Assembly (NCBI GenBank): GCA_040753015.1
Contig: JBFMHM010000001.1
Coordinates: forward strand, 82,731 to 146,730
Length of the DNA stretch: 64,000 bases
Source: Candidatus Omnitrophota bacterium
Lineage (GTDB): Bacteria; Omnitrophota; Gorgyraeia; Gygaellales; JBFMHM01
Direction: 5' to 3'
The translations under genes and the position numbers were made by a program. Shown here in pieces: positions 45,991-55,519 of the stretch. A model generated the notes under the pieces. It was not told the origin of the DNA and did not search any database. It saw only the letters and a list, made by a program, of their open reading frames with translations. Numbering within the stretch: the stretch's first letter is position 1; each line of letters starts with the position of its first letter.

Positions 45991-48900
45991 GTATCTGCCT
46001 GGTCAGGAGCGCCGGGGGTGACGTGCCAGTCACGACCCTCTTTACCTCTGTTAAAGAATTGTTGAGTTAGGCGGATGATTTGATAGTGATCTAGGTCTGT
46101 ATTTTCAAGTAATTCGTGGAGGATATATTCGTCAATTAAGTCATTTGGTAAACCATTCACTCCCTCCCTTTCACTTAAATATTGTATTAGATTAATTGCA
46201 AGAGCACTTTCAGCGCCTAAGAAGTAACGGTTAGGGCTTTCTACTTCGGCGTTAAACCAGTTAAATGGACAAGTTTCAGCTTCAGGCAGACCGAAGGCCT
46301 CGCCAGTTTTTAGTGGCGGGCCGCGTAAGCGATTGAGTAAACCTTGCGCGTCTTGTTGTGACATGCCTGCGTTGATCAATAAAGCTTCTATTTCAGCCCC
46401 TCTGTTATCCAACAACGCCTGTATTCGCCTATGCGCTAAAACAACAACTTCGCGGTTATCTTGTGCTACTTGGCTTGAGTTTGCCTTGATTGCTTCCCTC
46501 TTCCGCGCAAGTTCCTCTTCGCTGTAGCCACGCGATATTTCGCCGGTAGGAGTTTTAGTCCTCGCGTTATTAATATCGCGAATTATTCTCTCTATATCAT
46601 TTCTGACTTCCCTAGAACCTCGATTAAAAGCTGTTTCTAATGCAGGTAATGCTACTTTGCCGATTTTAATAAGGGATTCGATCGCAGAGTCGCGAACAGT
46701 AGGATCTTTCAAACACTCAATTAAAGACTCAACTGCTGGCCGACCGGTTTTAATAAGTGCTTCTCTGGCGTTATAGCGGACAGACCCATCCTCATCCTTC
46801 AAACATTTAATCAAAGGCTCAACTGCACGAGGATCGCCGATTTCGCCAAGGGCTTTGATAGCGGATTGACTGAGCAAATTGTTATCATATCTCAAGCATG
46901 CAATCAGACGCTCGACTGCTGGCCGACCAATTTTAATAAAGGCCTTAACGGCAGCTTGACGAACATTTTTATCCTCATCTCTCAGACACACAATTAGAGG
47001 ATCGACTGCCGGCTGGCCAATTTTAGCAAGGGCCTGGGCAGCTGCGTGGCGGATATCTTCGTTTTCATCTCTTAAGCACGTAATTAACGGTTCGACTATC
47101 AATGGATGACGACTCTCGCCAAGATTACGAATAATAGATTTGCGATCTGTTTCATCATCGGGATTAAGAAAACTGACCTGCCTTGCAACATCTTCTGGCA
47201 TCCCCAAATTACTTAAAAGTGTAATTAACCTACCCGTATCTATCATTAGATTTAGGAGATGAGGCGCATTAACTCTAGTAAAATCCAAATTAGTATGTGA
47301 TAATATATTGATTAAATTTCTACGCCAAGTAGCCCATTGTTCAATTTCTGGATTAAATGAGCGTTTTAATAATTGTAATAAATGTTTGTCCATAAGTTTT
47401 CGAGCTTCATCAGTACTTATCGCAGCTTCGGCATACGCAATTAAATCATTCACAACGTATGCATTACCTCTTTGCGCTAGAATGACAAGGATATCTTCTA
47501 TGTCATCCTTTGCCCGGGAAAGCCGCCATAATCTTTTACACTGTTCCTCTGTAAAATTTTTAGGATGATGTTCTGCTATTTGTCTAAGGCTAGTAGATAT
47601 TTCAGCGCTATATTTTGTAGTTTCTTGTTTATGTAGTCGGATAATTTGTAGTACCTTACGCATAGTATTTTTCGACTCTATTAACTCTAGGTATTCCAAC
47701 ATTACATCAATTGCCTTTAACCTCCCCAACTCAGCAATTGCATCTTTGCGCGCTTGATCTAAGTCAGTGCGTAAAGCAATAAGCACACGAAAGTCTGCTT
47801 TTAGTTTATGCCAATTATCATCAGTAGTTTCGATGATTTGAGCACATCTTTTAACTGCTTGCTCTCTTTGGCCTTTAGTCAAGTCGGCTGCAAGTAACAC
47901 GCCAGTTAGCTGGAATTCAAGCTCTGTGTTATATTCTTGAGGCCGTGTTTTAATAAGCGCCTCATGGAGTTCTCTTGCTTGATCTAGCGCTTCTACTGCC
48001 GGGCCGAGAAGAATACGTTCTGCTAATCTGCGTGAGTCTTGATCATATAGCTGTTGATTATGAACCATAACATCAAGCGTGCCTACTGCTTTAGGCTGGT
48101 TTATTCTAGCTAAGAGCAATGATAAAAATTCAACGCATCTTATTTTATCCGATAAGTCATAACCAGCTACAGCTAATCTAGGCTGGTTTTGGCCTAGTGT
48201 ATTAACAAAAATAGCTATTGCCTGAGGTTCTTGTACGGTTATAAGCTCTACCAAAAGATCAAAAGCAACAATGCCTTTATCTTTGGCAAAGCCTGCTAGT
48301 GCCTTAACAACATCTGCTGGTAGACGGCCAAGCATACATATATCCGAGACTCTTCTTAGTTCTCTTGCGTATATCTGTTGCGGTGAGTCACTATCTGTTG
48401 TTCTTGCTATAGCTGCAGCACTGGCTTGTTGTTTTAATTCTTGCAGCTTATTATAACTTCTACTAAGTTCAGTTTGTATTGCTTCTATGTCATCAATACT
48501 CTTTTGAAAGCTTATAGTTTGTGTTTGGCCTCTAGTTATAGTTCCTTGTTGCCTTATTGTATCTACTAAAACAATAAGCCTAGCTACAGTAGCAAGCCCA
48601 GCAATCTTATCTTCAGTTTTCATATGGGTTCTAATAGCAGCAATGTAAGGCTTGTATCTTCTTGTTTCCATCATATGGGCAAGAACATAACAAGATAATG
48701 GTAGATTAGCAAGGACTTCTTCAGTAAGCATTCCTTTGTATTGAGCAAGGCAAAGCCTAGCCCTTGCAGAGTCTAAAAAACTTAGCCAAGTTATTAGGCT
48801 TACCACATCATCAGAAGTCCTGGCAAAGCTTTTCATAAATACTAAAGTTGCTGTTTCTGTATCTAAGTAAGTGAGTAATTCTAATACAGCTGGTTGTATA

Positions 48901-51140
48901 TCTAACTGTCTTGTGAGATTAATTAGCATCTTAACAGCTTGCTCTCTATCACGGTTAGTACTCATAAGCAGCGCTGTTTGGCTAAACGCTTCTTGTCTTT
49001 GGGAATTAGTAAGACAAGTTGCTTCTTGAAGCAATGTTCTTAGCCTTTGAGCAAGCGGTAGGTTTGTAACAGGCCAGGCTCTATTTCTTAGAGAGAACAT
49101 ATCCATAACTCGTCTGGCTATACCTAATTTTTGCGGTTTTTCTTCATTTTCTGATGCTTGAGCTTCTGGAACAGCTAAAGCAGTTGTTGGTGCTATTACT
49201 TCAACAACATAATCTTCAGATAAAATACCAGCTGCTTGTAATTGTAATTCTGACCGTCTTTCATCTGTTATGGCCTCTGTAACAACAGCTAATCCTGGCG
49301 TAGATAGTTCAGCATTAGTTACAAATATTGGCCTGTTGGCAATATACCTTAAGTTCCAACCAAGCTGGCCAATAAAATAACTAACCCTTTGAGCTGACGT
49401 ACCACTATCTGCTATTCTTGTTTCACTAACGCTTTCTATAGGTAAATGTTCACATAAATAAGTAAATAAATCTTGCTTGAGATTGTCTGTAGTAACGCTT
49501 TCAATAATAACACTAGTCAAATATTCAAAAACTAGCTTAAGATAATCCGCGGAAGGAACATTCAAACTATCAAGCACGCCTCTTGATAAAAGAGCGGTTT
49601 CTTGGCCGACATAATTCAAACCAGCTTCAAGAATTAATCTTTGTTCATAGCTACCACCTCTACTTGCACGAATCCTACGGTCAAAATCTAACAATGTATA
49701 TGCTAAATGCCTACGCTTCTGTTCTGAATAAGCTAGGCCCTTGGATAAGTCTAGGTCTTGAAGAATTGCATTAGATGTTTGAGGAACACCAGCTATTAAA
49801 ATTATGGGATAATGAACCTCATCAGAAACAGCCATATACATCTCACCAGTTTTTAAGAACCTCTCTGCTGCGCCTTTGTAACTACCACTAGCTAAAACTC
49901 TACCTAGGTCTCTTTCTAACCTTTCTTGTCCTAGATCTACTCTTACATTAATACCAGCATCTTGAATATATGTACCCAGACGCATTGATCCATTTGCAGT
50001 TACACCAGGAAAGTTTTTAGGATCAAAACCTACACCCCCACTCACATAACTTCTCCTGATATTCGCCTTTAGCTCTTCATTGTAGTTAGTCTTAGTAAGG
50101 TGGTATTCCCCTTGCTTAACAGAATCTAAATAAGCAGCAAAGATTTGTTCTTTTGTTACAGGCTCTTTGGAGATTAGGCCGTTTAGGTTATTGGTGTTGA
50201 TTATTGAAGAAAAGGCGTTCTTCAGTTCGTCCGTTCGCTGGTTCGTCAGTTCTTCTAACTTTTCGCTTTGACTTTTCCCGCCTGAGGCGGGTCCGCCTTT
50301 GGCGGATACGTTTTCTTTGTACCACTTCGCAAGAATAATTGCATTGTATATTTGTCTTAAAGGCTCATATGATGGATCATGGTTTACTTTATAGGTTAGG
50401 TTAGGAAGTATTAGTTCTTTTAGTTGAGCTTCGCAGTAGGATTGTAACTCTTGGTTGTTATCAAACTCCCCCTTTATCCCCCTCTTTGGTAAAGAGGGGG
50501 TCTGGGGGAGTTGTAGATACTCACTTTCCAGTAACACTTTCAGTGTTGATTTGGTAATTACACAGCTTCCTTTACCGTCTTCGTATACTTCTGCTTTGTC
50601 TGGGACTATCCAGACACGGAAGGTTGTGGGGATAGATACAGTTCGACTGTTCTTCAGTTCGTCAGTTCGTCGGTTAGATAATTGTTTTGCCTTGGCAAAC
50701 ACACGTTCCCAATAGGTAGTTGCTCCAGTAGATAATCCGGGAAATAGGCTAAAGGCTGTGTCTTTCTTAAGCTTTAGGTCTAGGAGTAGTAGATGCTTGC
50801 CCATGTCTGTGTAGGATAGATTAGTTCCTGTGAGCCTGTTAGGTTGGTTTGGGTTAAGGTTAACCCAGAATTCAGAGTCTTGTATGGTTAGAGCGGTTAG
50901 GAAGTAGTTTATGTTGGTTTGTAGATCTTTACGTTGGTCTAGGGAAAGAATGGTGCCTTTGGGGATGTTTAGATTGAATTGGATACCTGTAGGGACAGAC
51001 CCGTGTGTCTGTCCAAATGTTATGCCTAACAATATAGGCGCCTGTAAGGGTGCGGTAACCGTACCCTGAATAAAACCCAAGCCTATTTGGCTAAAAGCTA
51101 GCGTAAAAATTAAAACCACAGAAACTATACGACGTATCAT
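45957..51140 (-). CDS. Large secreted multidomain protein with PBS-lyase/HEAT repeats and an HExxE motif
   Basis: 1727 aa; signal peptide; N-domain FWVNLNP/FRVWIVPD/ILAKWYK ending SGG; HEAT repeats PLIxCLxDE..VR..A..AL.KIG; YILHELLE. Confidence 0.8.
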   Translation of the reverse strand: MIRRIVSVVLIFTLAFSQIGLGFIQGTVTAPLQAPILLGITFGQTHGSVPTGIQFNLNIPKGTILSLDQRKDLQTNINYFLTALTIQDSEFWVNLNPNQPNRLTGTNLSYTDMGKHLLLLDLKLKKDTAFSLFPGLSTGATTYWERVFAKAKQLSNRRTDELKNSRTVSIPTTFRVWIVPDKAEVYEDGKGSCVITKSTLKVLLESEYLQLPQTPSLPKRGIKGEFDNNQELQSYCEAQLKELILPNLTYKVNHDPSYEPLRQIYNAIILAKWYKENVSAKGGPASGGKSQSEKLEELTNQRTDELKNAFSSIINTNNLNGLISKEPVTKEQIFAAYLDSVKQGEYHLTKTNYNEELKANIRRSYVSGGVGFDPKNFPGVTANGSMRLGTYIQDAGINVRVDLGQERLERDLGRVLASGSYKGAAERFLKTGEMYMAVSDEVHYPIILIAGVPQTSNAILQDLDLSKGLAYSEQKRRHLAYTLLDFDRRIRASRGGSYEQRLILEAGLNYVGQETALLSRGVLDSLNVPSADYLKLVFEYLTSVIIESVTTDNLKQDLFTYLCEHLPIESVSETRIADSGTSAQRVSYFIGQLGWNLRYIANRPIFVTNAELSTPGLAVVTEAITDERRSELQLQAAGILSEDYVVEVIAPTTALAVPEAQASENEEKPQKLGIARRVMDMFSLRNRAWPVTNLPLAQRLRTLLQEATCLTNSQRQEAFSQTALLMSTNRDREQAVKMLINLTRQLDIQPAVLELLTYLDTETATLVFMKSFARTSDDVVSLITWLSFLDSARARLCLAQYKGMLTEEVLANLPLSCYVLAHMMETRRYKPYIAAIRTHMKTEDKIAGLATVARLIVLVDTIRQQGTITRGQTQTISFQKSIDDIEAIQTELSRSYNKLQELKQQASAAAIARTTDSDSPQQIYARELRRVSDICMLGRLPADVVKALAGFAKDKGIVAFDLLVELITVQEPQAIAIFVNTLGQNQPRLAVAGYDLSDKIRCVEFLSLLLARINQPKAVGTLDVMVHNQQLYDQDSRRLAERILLGPAVEALDQARELHEALIKTRPQEYNTELEFQLTGVLLAADLTKGQREQAVKRCAQIIETTDDNWHKLKADFRVLIALRTDLDQARKDAIAELGRLKAIDVMLEYLELIESKNTMRKVLQIIRLHKQETTKYSAEISTSLRQIAEHHPKNFTEEQCKRLWRLSRAKDDIEDILVILAQRGNAYVVNDLIAYAEAAISTDEARKLMDKHLLQLLKRSFNPEIEQWATWRRNLINILSHTNLDFTRVNAPHLLNLMIDTGRLITLLSNLGMPEDVARQVSFLNPDDETDRKSIIRNLGESRHPLIVEPLITCLRDENEDIRHAAAQALAKIGQPAVDPLIVCLRDEDKNVRQAAVKAFIKIGRPAVERLIACLRYDNNLLSQSAIKALGEIGDPRAVEPLIKCLKDEDGSVRYNAREALIKTGRPAVESLIECLKDPTVRDSAIESLIKIGKVALPALETAFNRGSREVRNDIERIIRDINNARTKTPTGEISRGYSEEELARKREAIKANSSQVAQDNREVVVLAHRRIQALLDNRGAEIEALLINAGMSQQDAQGLLNRLRGPPLKTGEAFGLPEAETCPFNWFNAEVESPNRYFLGAESALAINLIQYLSEREGVNGLPNDLIDEYILHELLENTDLDHYQIIRLTQQFFNRGKEGRDWHVTPGAPDQADTCARKGYKTIY

Positions 51141-51143
51141 TTA

Positions 51144-51191
51144 ATTCTCTCCGTATGTTCCCGTGGCTTATAATAAAGTATACACTATAAA
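51144..51191. repeat. 48-bp direct repeat (giant-gene leader), also at 55413-55460
   Basis: ATTCTCTCCGTATGTTCCCGTGGCTTATAATAAAGTATACACTATAAA in both places. Confidence 0.95.
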
Positions 51192-51222
51192 TACATATAT
51201 TTCAAGGCAATACGAATTTCGT

Positions 51223-51579
51223 TTACCCAGTAATATTTTCGTAGTGATTTAGGCGGTTTTGAGATAGATCTTCGTTAAGCACAATACATATTGCATCAAT
51301 GCGGCACGCTCCATTATATTTATTAATTACAACGTAAGTATTAACATTTTTTATGAGTTTCTTCATTTTTCGTTTATCAAGAGTCTCTTCTGGGCTGCCA
51401 AAATCCTTACCTATTTTTGTACGCACCTCAACAAAAACAAGAACACCTCTGTGTGTAGCGATTAAATCAATTTCTAAGTAGGGAGTTTTATAATTTTGAT
51501 CGACGACTTTATAACCTTTAGCTGTTAGATATTTTCTTGCAATATTTTCACCAATACGGCCGATTTCAACGGTTTCCAT
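51223..51579 (-). CDS. yraN: YraN family nuclease
   Basis: G..GE..A..YL..GY, EIDLIA, LVFVEV, RIDAI. Confidence 0.92.
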   Translation of the reverse strand: METVEIGRIGENIARKYLTAKGYKVVDQNYKTPYLEIDLIATHRGVLVFVEVRTKIGKDFGSPEETLDKRKMKKLIKNVNTYVVINKYNGACRIDAICIVLNEDLSQNRLNHYENITG

Positions 51580-51580
51580 A

Positions 51581-53113
51581 TTATTCTTGTTTATTTTTCG
51601 GTCGGTATTGCAATGCCTCGGCTATATGTTTTACACCTATCTCCTCGCTATTATCCAAATCTGCAATTGTGCGTGCTACTTTTATTACTTTAAAATATGC
51701 CCGCGCAGAAAGTTGAAAAGTTACTGCTGCCTGATTAAGCAATTCTTTTATTTCTTTTGAAAGTTTACAATATTTTTTAATATGTTTATTGCGCATCTCT
51801 GCATTTACAAAAATGTCATCATTTATAAACCGTTCTTTCTGTATTTGGCGTGCTTTAATTACTCTTTCCCTGATTTTTTTCGACTGCTCTTGCGATTGAG
51901 CCTGTTCTGACTCTGAAAATTCTTTAATATCAACTACCGGTACCTCAACGTGCAAATCAATCCTATCTAAAAGCGGCCCAGAAATTCGCTTAGCATATTT
52001 TTTAATTTCTCGGCTGCTGCAGCTGCAAGCTTTTTTAGGATGATATAAATATCCGCACGGACAAGGGTTGGCTGAAGCAACTAATGTAAAACGTGATGGA
52101 AAAGTAACTCTATTCTTACTTCTTGAAATAGTTAAAAAGCCGTCTTCTAATGGCTGGCGCAAAACTTCCAGCACTGAACGCGGAAACTCATTTAGCTCAT
52201 CTAAAAATAGTACCCCTCTATGCGCCAAGCTTACATCGCCTGGCTGCGGATAAGTACCCCCTCCTATTAAACCAACGCGCGATGTTGTGTGATGTGGGCT
52301 ACGAAATGGAGGCAATTTTATTAGAGAACCTTGCGCTGGCATATGACCTGATGCTGAGTACATTTTAGTTACCTCCAAAGATTCACCATCAGTTAGTGGC
52401 GGTAAAATTCCCGGAAGTGCGCGCGCCATCATTGTCTTTCCAGAACCCGGACTTCCTACCATAAATAAATTATGCCCACCGCTTGCAGCAATCTCTAATG
52501 CTCGCTTTGCTTGTTCTTGGCCTAAAACCTCGGCCATATCAAACTCGACCTGCGCATCTAACTCTATCGTTTTTGTTTCTCGATATTTAACTGGCGCAAG
52601 CTTAACATTTCCCATTAAATAAGCAACAAGCTCGCTCAAATTTTCCACGCCATAGATATTTATTCCCTCAACTATTGCTGCTTCATTAGCAGAAGCTTTA
52701 GGCAAAAATATATTTTTGATACCGTTTTCTTTTGCAAATAAACTTAAGAGCAACGCTCCTTTTACATGGCGCAAAGATCCATCTAGTGATAATTCACCAA
52801 AAAACAGACTATCCTTTGGCAAGGCAACATCTAAAGTTAAACTTAAAATACCAACCGCAATTGGCAAATCATAAAACGACCCTTCTTTAGGAACATCCGC
52901 AGGGGCTAAATTAACAATAATTCTTTTTGCCGGAAAATCAACGTTTGAATTTATAATTGCCGTACGCACACGCTCTTTACTCTCATCTACAGCTTTAGTA
53001 GTTAAACCAACTATTTCAAAAATCGGCAGGCCGCGTAAGGCAACATTAATTTCTACATCTATTGCAATAGTTTGAAGCCCTAAATTTGCCGCTGACATTA
53101 CTTTAATTAACAT
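51581..53113 (-). CDS. comM: ComM/YifB Mg-chelatase-like AAA+ helicase
   Basis: NLAPAD..KEGS.YDLPIA, GSPGSGKT, PFRSPHH, LAHRGVLFLDE, NPCPCG, SGPLLDRID. Confidence 0.95.
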   Translation of the reverse strand: MLIKVMSAANLGLQTIAIDVEINVALRGLPIFEIVGLTTKAVDESKERVRTAIINSNVDFPAKRIIVNLAPADVPKEGSFYDLPIAVGILSLTLDVALPKDSLFFGELSLDGSLRHVKGALLLSLFAKENGIKNIFLPKASANEAAIVEGINIYGVENLSELVAYLMGNVKLAPVKYRETKTIELDAQVEFDMAEVLGQEQAKRALEIAASGGHNLFMVGSPGSGKTMMARALPGILPPLTDGESLEVTKMYSASGHMPAQGSLIKLPPFRSPHHTTSRVGLIGGGTYPQPGDVSLAHRGVLFLDELNEFPRSVLEVLRQPLEDGFLTISRSKNRVTFPSRFTLVASANPCPCGYLYHPKKACSCSSREIKKYAKRISGPLLDRIDLHVEVPVVDIKEFSESEQAQSQEQSKKIRERVIKARQIQKERFINDDIFVNAEMRNKHIKKYCKLSKEIKELLNQAAVTFQLSARAYFKVIKVARTIADLDNSEEIGVKHIAEALQYRPKNKQE

Positions 53114-53963
53114 AAAATTTTGCTCCTTCTTGCTGTATTAAACCCTTTATTTGCATAATCGAGATTGCACTGCTAATTTGCGAGGCAGAAACTTTAAGTT
53201 TACGTGCTAACACATCTATTTCTTGCGGCTCATTTTTTAATGTTTCAATTATGCTTGCCTCTAATTTGCTTAAATCTTGATTACCTGAGCGCGCATCTTT
53301 AGTAATAGTATTTGTTATTCCATAATGCAATAGTATATCCTCAGCAGAACTTACAACACTTGCCCCTTCTTTAATTAATTGTAATGTACCATAAGAAACA
53401 CTGCTGTTAATTGGCCCGGGAACACTAAAAATTTTTCTTTTAAATTTTTTAGCAAAACCTGCAGTAATTAATGAACCACTATTTTCGCCTGCTTCAACAA
53501 CTAACGTGCCTAAAGAAAGCCCGGCAATAATCCTATTTCTTTGTGGGTATGTCCAAAGCTGAGGTAGGGTAGCGCCTTCATATTCTGAAATAATTAGGCC
53601 ATTATTTTTCAAAATTTGAGTGTATAAATCTTCTTGGTATGCCGGGTGAATCATATTAATACCGCAAGGCATAACAGCAATAGTCCTACCTCCTCCCTCA
53701 AGGGCTGCCTTATGCGCTGTTGCGTCAATCCCATACATGAATCCTGATACTATTGTTACGCCTAAAGTTGCAATTTCAGAGACTATCTTTTGCGTAGCCT
53801 GTTTGCCATAAGTAGTCATCTTGCGAGAACCAACAACTGCTAAGCAATTTACAAAAATTTCTGAATCTAGTTTGCCTTTATAGTAAAGCTGCTTGGGAGG
53901 AGATTTTATCGTTTTAAGTAATGTGGGGTATTCTGAATCGCTAAATTTAACAACACCTTGCAT
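53103..53963 (-). CDS. dprA: DNA-processing protein DprA
   Basis: AVVGSR, VSGFMYGID, RNRIIAGLS, SGSLITA, C-terminal winged helix. Confidence 0.95.
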   Translation of the reverse strand: MQGVVKFSDSEYPTLLKTIKSPPKQLYYKGKLDSEIFVNCLAVVGSRKMTTYGKQATQKIVSEIATLGVTIVSGFMYGIDATAHKAALEGGGRTIAVMPCGINMIHPAYQEDLYTQILKNNGLIISEYEGATLPQLWTYPQRNRIIAGLSLGTLVVEAGENSGSLITAGFAKKFKRKIFSVPGPINSSVSYGTLQLIKEGASVVSSAEDILLHYGITNTITKDARSGNQDLSKLEASIIETLKNEPQEIDVLARKLKVSASQISSAISIMQIKGLIQQEGAKFYVN

Positions 53964-54002
53964 AGAGATTTTTTATCACACAAATACCGCTATGTCAAGG
54001 TA

Positions 54003-54509
54003 TTATAAAGATATTTTTTTAATATCTAGAGACTTGCAGAGCAACAATAATGTATTAAGCGTAATATTCTTTTTGCCCTCTTCAATTTTTGAAATATCCG
54101 GCTGATCAATACCGGTAACCAATGCTAAGTCCTTTTGACTTAAACCTTTCTCTATGCGCGCAATTTTAATTGTTTTTCCAATATTTAAAAATGATATTGG
54201 TACTGCCCCTTTAAATGTATGTTTTTTTTGAATACCTTTTTTTTCCAAAAGTTGATCGTAAACAGTTTGCCACCACTGCCGAAAATCTGATTTCTTTTCA
54301 ACTTTAATCCAATATAATTTTACCCTAGTCCAATTTTTAATAAATTCGTCTTTGGAAATAACAGAAAAAATTATTTTTGGCTCATCACATCGAGAAAATA
54401 AATTGACCAAGCGAATAATAAATTTAGGATGATTTGGATCTTTAAGAATTACTTTGGTTTCCTTTAAGGCCTTATCATTTAAGTCCCAAAAATATTTCGA
54501 TATATCCAT
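54003..54509 (-). CDS. XRE-HTH protein, putative antitoxin/regulator
   Basis: KYFWD N-terminus; C-terminal RIEKGLSQKDLA..QPDISKIEEG HTH; coupled to the upstream NTase. Confidence 0.8.
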   Translation of the reverse strand: MDISKYFWDLNDKALKETKVILKDPNHPKFIIRLVNLFSRCDEPKIIFSVISKDEFIKNWTRVKLYWIKVEKKSDFRQWWQTVYDQLLEKKGIQKKHTFKGAVPISFLNIGKTIKIARIEKGLSQKDLALVTGIDQPDISKIEEGKKNITLNTLLLLCKSLDIKKISL

Positions 54510-55219
54510 TATTCAATTTCCTCCGCCATAAATTTTTTGACTTCGTTTTCTAGATAAATAATCATTTCTCGAGAATCAAAGTTTTTTATATAAATATCCA
54601 TATCAAGTAAATCAAATTTCAAATCCTGTCTAGAAAATGTTTGATACCAGTAAATCATGCCTCTTTGAATCTGACGGGGCAGTGTTTTTAAAAATAAATG
54701 CAGCGGCTCAATTTTCTTTGAAAGCATATAAATATCAAAAACATCTCGCGCTTTTCTCCTGCCCTCCATTATCTCAGCACCCACATCATTTTCTTTTATG
54801 CTTAAACCCGTAATAGTTGTGATTTTTTGCAAATAGATAATTTTCACATCGTAAACAGGCACTCCATCAAAATATTTTATTTTAGGTTTATCAAAAATAA
54901 CATCTTCAACAAAATCAAGTTTTAGGGATCTTTTTGTGCTTTTTATCGGGACAGAATAAAATCTCACTTTAGCCATATTTGGAGCTATAAACTCTGATTC
55001 AAGCTTTATATTAAGCCTTGTTTCTTTTTTAAATTCTTTTACAATCTCATTTATCTCTTTTACATCATATATCGGTGAAAAAAAATCCAAATCAACAGAA
55101 AACCTGTGATACAAATAATAAAGTTCGAGTGCGGTTCCACCCGTAAGTGCGAATGTTTTTGTTTTTTTCGCAAAAATATTTAAAATCTTATGCTGTAATT
55201 GCCTATTTTCCTTATCCAT
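54509..55219 (-). CDS. AbiEii/AbiGii-family nucleotidyltransferase (toxin-like)
   Basis: LTGGTAL..YLYHRFSVDLDFF, R.KARDVFDIY. Confidence 0.88.
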   Translation of the reverse strand: MDKENRQLQHKILNIFAKKTKTFALTGGTALELYYLYHRFSVDLDFFSPIYDVKEINEIVKEFKKETRLNIKLESEFIAPNMAKVRFYSVPIKSTKRSLKLDFVEDVIFDKPKIKYFDGVPVYDVKIIYLQKITTITGLSIKENDVGAEIMEGRRKARDVFDIYMLSKKIEPLHLFLKTLPRQIQRGMIYWYQTFSRQDLKFDLLDMDIYIKNFDSREMIIYLENEVKKFMAEEIE

Positions 55220-55233
55220 ATCATCATAATTTT

Positions 55234-55290
55234 TATAGTTTATAAACTATATCTAATATAGAGTATAAACTATATTTTATGTTTTGTCAA
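55234..55290 (-). promoter_or_regulatory. Promoter and tandem palindromic operators of the NTase-HTH pair
   Basis: Minus-strand TTGACA (55290-55285), 17 bp, TATACT (55267-55262); perfect palindrome TATAGTTTATAAACTATA 55234-55251 and imperfect copy 55257-55274. Confidence 0.75.
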
Positions 55291-55294
55291 GTTC

Positions 55295-55460
55295 TAATTT
55301 ACACAAGACTCCCCTTTCTTCGTATATTTTTGCTTCGTCTGGTACGATCCAGACACGGAAGATTGTGGGGATAGATACGGTTCGACTGTTCGTCAGTTCT
55401 TCAGTTCTTTTGATTCTCTCCGTATGTTCCCGTGGCTTATAATAAAGTATACACTATAAA
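55295..55460 (-). pseudogene. Remnant of a second giant-gene paralogue
   Basis: Leader identical to 51144-51191 fused to a fragment encoding KRTEELTNSRTVSIPTIFRVWIVPDEAKIYEE (cf. RRTDELKNSRTVSIPTTFRVWIVPDKAEVYED at about 50575-50672). Confidence 0.85.
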
Positions 55461-55519
55461 CTCAAAATTTTGCACTTTTTCTCTTTTATTTTTAATAATA
55501 TATTATATAATTTACTATT

